Below the pieces are notes generated by a model. It saw only the letters and a program-made list of their open reading frames with translations, had not been told where the DNA came from and searched no databases. Shown in pieces: positions 53,786 to 64,000 of a DNA stretch of 64,000 nt; within the stretch, counting starts at the first letter, position 1; each line of letters starts with the position of its first letter. Position numbers and translations under genes: made by a program. Origin of the DNA: Tubiluchus corallicola (lineage: Eukaryota; Animalia; Priapulida); NCBI GenBank assembly GCA_030141605.1, contig JAQGDQ010000326.1, positions 186,001 to 250,000 on the forward strand, read 5' to 3'.

Positions 53786-54180
53786 GGAAGCATAAGACGT
53801 GTAACAGGTTCTGGATGTGATGTTTTTACACCCTTGCTCTTGTCTTGACTCTCTATGCTTCTCAGTCCTAGAGCATTGTCCACAGAAATTCCCAGCTTCT
53901 GGATAGCATTTCGTCCTAGCAGGTTCAGGTCATGGATCTTGGTGATGATGTAAGGATTTGAGCTTTGTTTGCCAGTCTTTGGATCCTTGCTCTGGCCCAT
54001 GAAAGTTCCCAGCACAGGCAGGTCCTGCTTGCTGGCAGACTCGTAGCCATGTCTGACGTCATCCAGCTTTGGCTTTCCTAGATGTTTCCAGACCGGCACC
54101 GAAACAAAATTTCCCGAGGTTGCAGTGTCAAGTTCCATCTTGAACTGTTGGTCTTGGATGTTGACTTTGACATCCAAACT
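53786..54180 (-). pseudogene. Aspartic protease region of pol
   Basis: VNIQDQQFKMELDTATSGNF...LNLLGRNAIQKLGI; frameshifted relative to the RT frame. Confidence 0.85.
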
Positions 54181-54289
54181 AGGAGAATCTTCGGGAACTT
54201 CACCGAGGATCGCATTGACAAGCTCATCTTTTTATTCTCCTCACGGACTTTCCAGATTTTTGGTCTCGTTGCTGTCGTTGCTTCTTCAT

Positions 54290-55202
54290 GCAAACAGCCT
54301 CCAAATGTCCTTTCTTGTCATAGAAATGGCACTTGGCATCTTTTTAGGGACAGTCAGGCACTTTGTAGGCCTTTCCACAACGGTTGCACTTTGTATCCAT
54401 GTCTGTGGAATGTCACTGCTGATGGTTCTTTCGTTGACCCTTGTTCTGGTTCAGCTTGACTTTGTTGACGGGCCTGGTCTTGGAACCGTAAACAGTTTCC
54501 TTGACAGCCTTTGCCGCGTCTTCAGTCTCGGTAGTGATTTGGATAGCACGGGCGAAAGTCAAATCTTCATCCTTGATTTTGAAGATAGCCTTCAAAACAG
54601 CTTCGTTGTTGATAGAGCATCTGAATCTCTGTCTCAGAGCTTCATCTTGTGGGTCTTGGATTGAAGAAAAGTCACAGGTAGCAGCAGCGTCTTGGCATAT
54701 GCGGGCTGCTAACTCCTGGGGAGTTTCGCCTGGCTTCCGTTGCATGTCACTCCAGAACTTGAAACGTTCTCGCACAATGAAGAGTTTCGGGTCAAACTGT
54801 TCCTTCATAAACTCGATAATTTCGTCAATTGTCAGTTCGTTGATATCCTTGGATGGAGACTGTTGAGTCGCTAGATTTGCCAGTTTTTGTAGATGGCAGC
54901 AGTCTGATTTGTTAGAAAAACTTGAGCCTTGCGTTGGTCAGGCACTGTGTTGGCTGCCACGAAGGTACAAAATCTTGACCAGTAGTCAGGCCACAGTTCA
55001 GAAGTTGGATCAAAAGCAGCAAATGGTGGAACTGCAGCTGTAAGAGCTGATGCAGGGGGAAGGTGGGCACTTGAGCTGGAATTCTCTTCAAGAGTTCGAG
55101 CCTGAAGCAGCTTCCTCATAGCGTCCATATCTTCTTTGTGTTGCTGCGCCAATTTGTTCCCGGAGGAGCTTGATAAGTTTGCCCATCTGCTCTGCCATCA
55201 TT
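54290..55202 (-). pseudogene. gag: gag, disrupted
   Basis: Frames 54871..55152 and 54413..54808 (FDPTSELWPDYWSRF; RERFKFWSDMQRKPGET) joined by frameshifts; decayed knuckles CNRCGKAYKVPDC and CHFYDKKGHLEAVC with in-frame stops. Confidence 0.85.
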
Positions 55203-55237
55203 GCTTGAATAAACAACTGTCCACTGAGTTACCAAGG

Positions 55238-55255
55238 ATCCTGTCGACTGCGCCA
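55238..55255 (-). promoter_or_regulatory. Primer-binding site, tRNA-Ser type
   Basis: Minus strand TGGCGCAGTCGACAGGAT 5 nt after the 5' LTR; complementary (about 1 mismatch) to the ...AUCCUGCCGACUGCGCCA 3' end of invertebrate tRNA-Ser, as recalled. Confidence 0.8.
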
Positions 55256-55260
55256 ATATT

Positions 55261-55597
55261 TGTTGTGTTTTGTTTCTATCGGAAGGCTCCTAGAGAAAAC
55301 CAGAAAACACTTCATCAAATTGAACTAGTTTATTAAGCGAGAATTCTACAACACAAGAGTATGAAGGAACACGAAATGATTACAGTAAACGTGAAAATCT
55401 GGAAAATGTTTAAGTGTATCTGAAAATACAAGTATACAAGAGAATCTGTAAGTATACGTCCGTGCGAAATCTGCGTGTGTCTGTCAGCGGCCTGCTTCGC
55501 CTTATATAGCATGCCAGGGAACATTCTAGACGTTTCTATCTAGAACATTCTACAATGTTCTATTTAATTTTAATAGATGCCAGCGATCTCCACAACA
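55261..55597 (-). repeat. 5' LTR (337 bp)
   Basis: TGTTGTG...CACAACA; minus-strand TATA (CTATATAAG, about 55501-55509) and AATAAA (about 55329-55334); direct repeat of 50889-51257. Confidence 0.95.
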
Positions 55598-56084
55598 CAT
55601 TATTATACGTACATAATGCATTATGCATTGCACAACTGCTAGCAAAAATAAACATGATAGACCACTCTATAAGCTAGCCTACCTAAAGAACTGACTAACA
55701 TTAGATAAAATTTGAAAAACAAATTTGAAAAGCATATGTGGTGTAGAAACTAGTAATTAAGTATGCAAGTTAGAGAACGATAAAGGCAGAAATTTTTTGC
55801 GGGATGGAATCATGGAAAAAAGACGTGGCCATAGCGGTGTCACTGGCGATCTCTTCTGCTAAGCAAATCATAGAGATTTCCCGCATTGGTTAGTGTTATC
55901 ATTTACCAACATGACGATATATCCCGTGTAATGTTCTAAAAACACATTAATTATCATTACGTGTCACTAAATTATTAGTTTGGTCTCATGTTTCAACTTA
56001 CCTACGCAAAATATAAAAAAATCAATTTCACAATTTAGTTTTTGTCACTGTGTATGCCAGAATTTTGGTGGTAGTGCGCGCAGG

Positions 56085-56243
56085 GATTATGAATGATTAG
56101 TGGAGTGTTGGCGATCATTTAATTTTGTGTGAACCGTTATTCAATGCTAAAATTGTAGCCACAGGAGATTATTCATCAGCCTCTTGATAGACAAGAGATA
56201 AAAGTTTTCGGGTTCGATGACTGAATCTTCTTTAAATTATCAG
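56085..56243 (+). other. SPART: Putative non-coding 5' exon of spartin (start position approximate)
   Basis: Strong donor CAG|GTAAGG at 56243/56244; pyrimidine tract and AG acceptor at 57102/57103, 24 nt before the ATG; less AT-rich, CpG-containing segment near 56075-56130. Confidence 0.45.
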
Positions 56244-57126
56244 GTAAGGGCAATGTATAAAGGACTTAATGGTCATGTTATATTGCCCTCGCATTTTGAA
56301 AATTTTTGTATTTTGTTATAATTTGTTGTACAGTTTTATCCGTGTATGTGAAATAAAACAATTTAAATCTTAAATCTTTAAATTGGTTAAAATTTTAACA
56401 TCTGTTGTTCACATTACTGACATAATCAGTGAATACTCTGGTTCATTTGTAATATTCAATAACATGCTTTCTTTTATCCGTATAAAATCAGTAGTCCAAT
56501 CTCACTCTGTACTTAGTCTTTCTTTTTCAATACTTTCTTATGATTTCTGTTACTGTTAGTTTGTCACATGCAAATTGTAGATTGTTTATTCAGTCCATAA
56601 GCGATTGTTCTAGCTTGATAGCTGTCGGTGAATCATGTATAATTAATGTTGGTTTTATTTGTTCTTTATATCTTGACTTTGTCCTGAGTGGCAGTTTGCG
56701 TTAAAATAATCGTTCTTTACATTTCGACGTCAGAAGTCTCTCGACAAAATGTTCACTCAGATGCTTTAATAAACACACAAGAGTTGTGCTGTTTGTCACA
56801 ATGAAAAATTTTCTCACAAAAACTGAAAAGGAGTTTAATATTAAAGACATTTGGTTGTACCATTTGCTACATTATTTGCTTTTTTTATTCTAGAATTCCA
56901 CTGTTTGCTTATTACAAGTGTTGGATCTAGCCTTGCGTCTAGTATTGCAAATGTTAGATTTTCACATTTGGGATTTTCTCCTTTTTGCATTGAGTTGCTT
57001 GTTACTTGCTGCTATAACATGTTATTCTAAATCATTCACATGTTAAATTACTTTCTTTTGCTTGTTAAATTAGTTTATAACAACCTTTTTTTATTTTTGA
57101 AGGCAAAATACACATAAGGTCTACCA

Positions 57127-57907
57127 ATGGAGCAAGTACAACAACGGGCTTCTAATTCTAGGCCTCAAGCATCAAATTCCGCAGAAGACAGTCATACAGA
57201 AGAAGTTGAAAATAATAATTTTAACAGAATAAAACTGATTCATGATGAGGCATACAAACACATTGATCAAGCTATAATTTTTGAGGAAGGTGGCGAAAAT
57301 GTTAAAGCTTTGGAGTATTACAGAAAGGGACTAAGCTTAATCGATAGAGCTCTCGACAATTTTTGTGCGGAAACATGTGAAAAGAACCGGCAACTCCACA
57401 AGAAGCTGGTTGGTGCAAGAAGTGAAGTGGTTTCTAGAATTGAATTTTTAGAAACGCGTTGCTCCCCAAATATTGCAAGAGTTTATCCTTCATTGTATCA
57501 AGACAGCATGCTTTATGAAAACTCAGCAAGTGCAGAAACAAGTACTGTTATACCATCTGCTCCATCAGTTGATCTGGCAGACAGTCTGAGTGACAGCATT
57601 ATAGAGGATATTGATGTTATGATACATCGCACAATTGTTGACCCAAATGCTTCGGAATTGTTTTGCATATCTACTGGTGTACAGCTGTTTTTTATTAATA
57701 GCCATGGTCATGTTAGTGCCCCTTCTTGCCCTGGGCCATTAAAGATATACAAATTTGCACAAAATGAAGAAAACTTTCAGGAAAAAAATCCACCAGCTTT
57801 TCTTCAGGTTTCCGATTGGGTGTTTCCTTTAGTACCTAATCAGTCTCCCGTATTGCGGAGTAGTGATGGATCATACATGTTTCCTGATATTGGTGCAAGC
57901 CAGCCAG
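57127..57907 (+). CDS. SPART: Spartin coding exon 1 (MIT domain and central region)
   Basis: IKLIHDEAYKHIDQAIIFEE...ALEYYRKGLSLIDRAL (MIT-like); GVQLFFINSHGHVSAPS and FLQVSDWVFPLVP..SPVL match spartin; donor CAG|GTAAAT, phase 1. Confidence 0.93.
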
Positions 57908-58195
57908 GTAAATAAAAATTTTATGATGTATATTCACTGTTATGAAGACTTTAATGTGAAGACTTTTCAGTTGCCTGGCAGTTGTCATTTCAGTTGATTG
58001 TTGGTTTTGATAGCAGTTGTCATTTCAATTCGGTTTCAATAACTAGGCAGTTTTTTTATTGTAATTCAAATTAATATTTTGCTGCAGTAGAAATTTTTGT
58101 AGGTACCAACAATTCTAATTTGCACAAACAGATATTTTTGTTAGTTTTCATTTTGCTAGTCTGTAAGCTACCAAAAATTAATTTGCATTTTTCAG

Positions 58196-58387
58196 ATTCC
58201 TATGTTGGTGTTAAACTGCCTGCAAACATTGATCCACAATGTAGACAAGAATTTGAAGAGCTGATGGATCAGCTGAGTGCGTTGGTTATAGAAACCATTG
58301 AACCTCAACCAGCAGAGGAAGAAGCTGTAGTAATAGCTGCAAAGGAAGATCACATTAGTGATAAAGTATCAAGAGGACTAATTATAG
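58196..58387 (+). CDS. SPART: Spartin coding exon 2
   Basis: TTTTTCAG acceptor; DSYVGVKLP...FEELMDQLS...SDKVSRGLII; donor TAG|GTAC; 192 nt keeps phase 1. Confidence 0.9.
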
Positions 58388-58735
58388 GTACTTTTGCTAC
58401 TAAGTAGTGTTAAAGAAAAGAGGACAAGCAGATGTAATTTTCTGTGTATGGGACTGTTAGATGGGGGGGGGGGATATATATCGACAGTGAATTTTCCGAT
58501 TGCCAGCAGTATCAAAGGTGTACCTTTTACCTTACATAACACAAAGTTTTCAATTCTATTTATTACTACAAAATTAGTTGTATAACATTTTTAGTAAATT
58601 TGCAGCTAAGTTACTAAAATAAATAGATGCACATGCATTTGCATGAGTAAAAACAAATCTGATTTGAGTGAACTTAGTTTATATAGATTTGTCTTAATTC
58701 TGTGTAAAACAGACAGTATAAAAATTTTGTTGCAG

Positions 58736-58930
58736 GTGCTGAGTGGGTTGCATGGGGATTAACAAAAGGGGCAGAGAAGACAACGAAGCTTTTCAGGTAT
58801 GGTTCAGCGAAATTCCGTGATCACGTTGCGCCAGATGATCAACCGGTAAAAGTGAATTCTAAGTATCAAACAGGACTTGATTATGCCAGCTCTGCTGCTG
58901 AGGTTGCTGTAAACGTCAGTAAAATAATTG
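58736..58930 (+). CDS. SPART: Spartin coding exon 3 (start of senescence domain)
   Basis: TTGCAG acceptor; translates GAEWVAWGLTKGAEKTTKLFRYGSAKFRDHVAPDDQPVKV...VAVNVSKII, like spartin GASWVSWGLVKGAE; donor TTG|GTATGT; 195 nt. Not in the ORF track. Confidence 0.92.
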
Positions 58931-59656
58931 GTATGTATCATAGTAAAGTTAGTATTGTTAGCTATAAATACTTTATATGACATTTGACTTGCATGTAGTG
59001 AAAGTTAATATCATAGTTGAGAATGTTAGATTTAGAAACCAGTTAGTTAGAAGGTAAATCAAATCTTTTATTTAATTGTCTTTATTATTTAATTATTAAT
59101 AATTAAATAGTAATTAAACCAATTATTTAATGTAAGCAAAGTGATGTAATAATGTGTGCAAAGTAAAAATGCTTTTCAGAAACATATGCATTTTTAAGAT
59201 TTTTTGTTTTCATTTTTTGATGAAATTGATGTTATTGTTTAAGAATTTGAAATTTAGAGACCAGTTAAATAAATAAGTAAATTGACACATAGAGAAAATC
59301 CTTATTTGCCAATTAAAATCAGGTTTGTACAAAGTAAAAGTACTTTGCATATGTTGAACAGAAATCATGTATGTTTTCCAATTTGTGGTTGGGTACAGAG
59401 TTTGTACTTGCTAAAAAGAAATGAAATTTTAAAGGCTGCATTTTGAACTTGATTAAGGCATATTAGCTTAGCTCCTTTTTGATTTTGGAATTATTAAATC
59501 ATTTGTTTGATTCCGTTGCTTTTTCCTTCATATGAGAGAAGTTTGAAGTATTTGTTTAGTATCTTATTTCTTCTTTCGTTGTTTCTTTTTTACAATGTCT
59601 ATTTCTCAATAATAACAATAAACTTTCACAGTGCGAGAATTTGAATTTTATTGCAG

Positions 59657-59818
59657 TTGACAAATTAGGTGAGGCTACAGTAGCTCTAGGAACTTACCTT
59701 GCACCTCATCTTAGAGAAGGTGCAGAAAAAATTTTACCAGATTCAGTGAAAAAACCAAATGCATCTGGGAAGTCAACAATGGATTCAGTAGTAACCGTCG
59801 TAGCTGGTGGTGTGCAAG
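59657..59818 (+). CDS. SPART: Spartin coding exon 4
   Basis: TTGCAG acceptor; VDKLGEATVALGTYLAPHLREGAEKILP...VVAGGVQG; donor AAG|GTAAT; 162 nt. Confidence 0.92.
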
Positions 59819-60420
59819 GTAATAAATATAATAGGTGGTTGATTTTACTGGATTGTAATATTCTAAAATAACTGTTGGCAGTCTCACATATAATATTACT
59901 AGATTATTAGATTATTGCTGCCTGCAATTTTGTATGTCTGTTGTATGTATGCGAGCTATAGAAACAGTGTTATACATTAACTGAAGCCATCCATGTTTTA
60001 CAATTTTACACTCTTACAGTTTTTATATAAGTGCCACACTTGCACGATACAACACAAAGTTTAGTGTAACTTTAGAGCATGGCACACTTGGGTGTTATCA
60101 TTTGCAAAATAAAGTGATGCAAAATTTTGTACTTCTGCAGATCACTTAAGCACTGGTTTCACTCCATAAGTCACAGATACCATAAGTGTGACTATAAAAT
60201 ATTTGATTGAGGTTAAATGTAAATATATAAATTTTCGATAATCTTGTCAACACAAGATATGAAAGTAAATCATACAGATTTACATATATTTATAATGTAT
60301 GACATGATAAGTAGACATAATCATTTTCTTTAAAATGTAATTATTCCTACTGCCATTTTGCACAGACAATGGCAATTTTCAGCATCTAATTTATGAAAGT
60401 TTTGAACTTATTTTTTCTAG

Positions 60421-60511
60421 GTTTTGGAACTGTTTATGTAGGTTTGGAAAGTGCGGGAAAGATTCTGGCTAAATCACTTCATAACGAAACAGTGACGATT
60501 GTTAACCACAA
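60421..60511 (+). CDS. SPART: Spartin coding exon 5
   Basis: TTTTTTCTAG acceptor; GFGTVYVGLESAGKILAKSLHNETVTIVNHK; donor CAA|GTAAGA; 91 nt, giving phase 2. Confidence 0.92.
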
Positions 60512-60577
60512 GTAAGATTGCGCTTTTAATCTATATTTTCTCTTCCCTTTTCAATACAGATTTTTTTATTAACAGCC

Positions 60578-61300
60578 TTAGATTCCATTTGTAACGATAG
60601 TTTGAGAGTATTTTAAGTGAGTTTTTAATCCATTTTCTGACTTTGATGTTAAAACAATGTTGTCGGCATACATGAGGCAGCTGATTCTTTTATTTTGTAT
60701 TATAATTGGGTCACACGTATCATTAAACTTGTTAGGGAAATTGTTCAAAGACAACGAGGATAATGTTGAGCTCAGTACACACTCTTGTTTTACCCCAGAA
60801 GTACTCAGAAAATTATCTGCACAACCATGTAGCGTTTTTATTGAGTATTTGGCTTTGCTGTACATATCTTTTACAATGAGAAACATTTTCCCGTTTATAC
60901 AATATTTTGCTAATTTATTAAATAGAGCATTTTGTCAGATGCTGTCAAATGCTTGTTTAATGTCGAAGAAACGTGTATAAAGTTGACCTTTATCTGCTTT
61001 TACTTGCTTATCGATCATTGGTTTTAATATTAATAAATGATAATTAGTGCTACTGCCTATACGGAAACATATTTGCGGTGGATGTATAATATCTCCTTTC
61101 TCCAAGTATTCATTTAGTCATTTAGTCGTTCATTGAGAATTTGTGTGTAAAAAGTTTGCTTAGGCAGCTGGAGATAGTAACGTCACGGTATTTTTGTGGG
61201 TCCTTTTTACTTCCATTTTTGTGAATTGGTACTATTAGGCTTTCGGACCATGCCGTGGGGTATATGCTTAGTAAATTAAATTAAATAATTTAGTTACATG
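60578..61300 (-). mobile_element. Non-LTR retrotransposon (LINE) reverse-transcriptase fragment, antisense in spartin intron
   Basis: Decayed motifs PTAWSESLIVPIHKNGS, DIKQAFDSI, GVKQECVLS (QG motif), LMYADN (YADD); clade uncertain (RTE-X/CR1-group-like). Confidence 0.85.
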
Positions 61301-61363
61301 TGGGGCTAGATATGTTATGGTACTTTTTATGACTTCATTTAATATATACATCTGTATTTACAG

Positions 61364-61583
61364 GTATGGATCAGAAGCTGGTAAAGCTTGTGATTCCGCA
61401 GTTCGTGCTGCTGTTAACACTGGCTTTACCGCCTACAACATCAGCCATCTTGGAGTAAAAGCTCTAGCAAAGCGGGCAGCAAAAGATACGGGGAAGGCGG
61501 CCATACGAGATTATTCTGAAGCTCATCTGGATGAACCCAAAACTGCAAAACTTTCATCGTTTTCAGCGGTGACAAAAAATTAA
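61364..61583 (+). CDS. SPART: Spartin last coding exon
   Basis: TTTACAG acceptor; (K)YGSEAGKACDSAVRAAVNTGFTAYNISHLGVKALAKRAAKDTGK, stop TAA. The six exons total 1641 nt = 546 aa + stop with consistent phases. Confidence 0.92.
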
Positions 61584-62256
61584 ATTTGACAAAGTTACCG
61601 TGTTCTTATTTTCATGTATGATGTTTCAAAATTTGTGTAAGTTGAAGCGTTTGTTCATGTGAGATTTACTTAGTGCATAATTACTTTGTGATGAATGTTA
61701 GTCTTAGTAAATAGGCTCTCATTCCAGTTTTTAATGCCAGTGTATTAGAAGCAACTGTTGAAGTACATGTACATAAGCCAGCCGTCCTACATGATTTATT
61801 AAACATTTGTTGTATCTTTCCTGAAGTTTACTTCTTAAGATATTAGATTAAGATATGCTGCTGTACACACTATTTATCAGATTCGAGAATAATGCTATAG
61901 TTGACTGTGATGACATAGATGTGATTATATAATAGCATTGTAATTGTTGTGAGCATTACTGTTAAATTTTTAAATATTGTACTTTATTTTTTAGAACTAT
62001 AATGTTATTATAACCAAGTTATTAGCCTAGCCATTTTCTGACGAATATTTTCAGATAACCATTCAGGTACTATAATTACCTATATAGTGAAACTAGTCCA
62101 GAATGAGAAACATTTGGCTATTTTCTTATTGAGTTTTTTGTAACCAACTGCTTGAATATGTACATCATTTACTGCTGCCATGAATCCATACTGCTGTCTC
62201 TCAAAAAAAAATAGAATACGGAGTAACTTTATTGTGATGCTATAATATTAAAAACT

Positions 62257-62262
62257 AATAAA
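62257..62262 (+). promoter_or_regulatory. Candidate spartin polyadenylation signal
   Basis: AATAAA about 670 nt after the stop codon; AT-rich context makes chance occurrence likely. Confidence 0.3.
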
Positions 62263-63206
62263 AACATTACATGAATGATGAGAACAAGAACAGTGTCATG
62301 GCAAAACAGACCTCCGTATAGAGTTACTTCCCAGGCAAGTAACCGAAACACCTGATCCATTACCATATGTACATAACACAGTACAATATTTGTTAATGTT
62401 TTCTCTCAAGCTGCTACAAAGAACTTCATTATAAGATCATATGTGCATTAATTTCTGCTAAAATTTGATATTGGATCTTTTCTGCAAAATAGAAAAAACT
62501 TAACTAGATTAATTATGGTAAATGAGGAATGAATTCTGACTTTCAGAAAATGACAAATGGTACATGTATTAGCAGTTTTTTGTGGATGTGCCCATGGCAT
62601 ACAAGCATAACAGTGTAGTTAGTTTGGTATTAAATTATACTTGAATGAAAAACGATAACCATCTAATGTTGCGTTAATAATTAGACACGGGTGATTTAAT
62701 GTGATAATGAGCAATTTTCATTAGACAATGGCTGCTGTTAGTGCGCATCCCCCACTTCCTTGACTGATTTTATTATAAAATTAATATTTCCATTAAAATT
62801 TAAAAACGTTTTATAGCCATCACTGCTTTTGCCTTTTGTTTTTGCATGTGCCTTTTCCTGCGTTTTAAATTGCTAATTAGTGGCATTAATTAAGCAACGA
62901 TGCCTTTCTCTCAAACAAGCTAGTTGATTCACCTTTAAGATGGCCATTGTTTTTATTTGTCTTGCAGGTTTGGAGTGCATCTGCAGTTTTTTTTATAATA
63001 AACATATTTTTTATTTGTCACATCATAAAGCCTAAGGTGAATAGTAAAAAAATCTGCAGGCTTATACATACATTGAAAATTGCAAAGTATATACAGAATT
63101 AATTCAGACTAAAGCATCAGAGAATTTTACATTGGCAAAATGCATCAGCTCTGTAAGCTAGCTAATTTCTAACCAATTTGAACTGCTAAAAATACTGAAT
63201 ATTTAA

Positions 63207-63720
63207 CTAATTTCTACAGCGTAATCTTTTAGTCTTATTAATATATCCTTGCACTAATTGAAATAGAACATTTTGATTGTGGTTTAGTTGCAGATTACCA
63301 CACAGAAGGGTTGATATTTTATCCTGTGAATTGAGATTATTGAAATTAACAGCTATGGTATTAGAAATAAATAAATCATAGAGTTTTTGATGGAGCTGGT
63401 ATCTGCTTGCATTATGCAAAGGGCAATTGAGCAGATAATGGTGAACATTTTCAGTATGATATTTGCACAAATAGTTTTTACTAACTACGTTTCCAGTATG
63501 TCATAACCGTGGCTACGTAGATGATCATTAAGTTGTGAAAAGTTTTGTGTGATGAAATGCGTTTGGTGTATTACCTTATGTAAAATATTTTGGTCTTTAA
63601 CGTGTTTTTTTACTTTAGATACGAATATACTCAAAGACATAGTAATGTTCCGCAGGTTTGAACCTGATTGGAGTATAAAGAGACATGCCTTATCCGCCTT
63701 GATAATAGCAATAAAACTAG
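63207..63720 (-). mobile_element. LINE ORF2 C-terminal fragment
   Basis: LRNITMSLSIFVSKVK, SQLNDHL and C..TENVHHYLLNCP...LLCGN...YINKTKRL resemble the C-terminal Cys/His end of CR1/Jockey-group ORF2. Confidence 0.65.
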
Positions 63721-64000
63721 CTTTCACTGTTGTATTCTCCTCAGATGATTCATAATTAGACATAAAATTATCAAGAAAAGAAATACATTGTCAAGACAAC
63801 AATACCAACAAAACCACGATGAAATTTAACAGTTATTTGTGCCGTCCTGATAATGTGTATATTGTAAACATTGCGTGTTAAAATCATGAAAGATAAAGAT
63901 AATTTAAGATTCATCACCAGTATGTTTTCTTTAAAGTGTCAAAATTTGCCGTTTTGCAATTGCCGTAATTACGACTCTCATTAACATGCAAAAGTAGACA

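Larger units (their letters stand above)
50889..55597 (-). mobile_element. Ty3/Gypsy LTR retrotransposon (Mag-like), both LTRs present, degenerate and internally deleted
   Basis: Two TG...CA LTRs; 5-bp TSD CATTA (50884-50888 and 55598-55602); domain order gag-PR-RT-RH-IN; two Gag zinc knuckles; tRNA-Ser PBS; PPT. Confidence 0.96.

Noticed and set aside
51208-54866. Plus-strand ORFs inside the retrotransposon
   Set aside because: Antisense shadows of gag/pol with no independent motifs.

Overview
AT-rich animal (probably invertebrate) genomic DNA with spliceosomal introns; nothing prokaryotic. Two developmental/housekeeping genes sit head-to-head about 31 kb apart. (i) The first coding exon of a dachshund (dac/DACH) orthologue lies on the minus strand (26083->25455; Pro/Ser-rich N-terminus plus the DD1/DACHbox-N domain); its phase-2 first intron apparently runs off the left edge (>25 kb). 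(ii) A complete six-coding-exon spartin (SPG20/SPART) gene lies on the plus strand (57127-61583, 546 aa by my splicing). Between them is a decayed Ty3/Gypsy LTR retrotransposon with Mag-like features (50889-55597, minus): both LTRs, a CATTA target-site duplication, a tRNA-Ser PBS, a PPT, broken gag and integrase, but an uninterrupted RT-RNase H frame. Its U3 region carries heat-shock-element arrays next to the TATA box, and the 5' LTR is <1 kb from the putative spartin promoter. The rest is non-coding: LINE fragments, Tc1/mariner remnants and MITEs, tRNA- and 5S-derived SINE pieces, a 42/45-bp minisatellite, several degenerate pentanucleotide arrays and enhancer-like islands. I cannot support a wholly new biological system here. 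The best leads are the HSE-bearing LTR beside spartin, the dac-spartin linkage with a possible divergent exon, the late-domain motif swap in spartin, and a 16-bp-period RFX-like array. All alignments and counts were done by eye.
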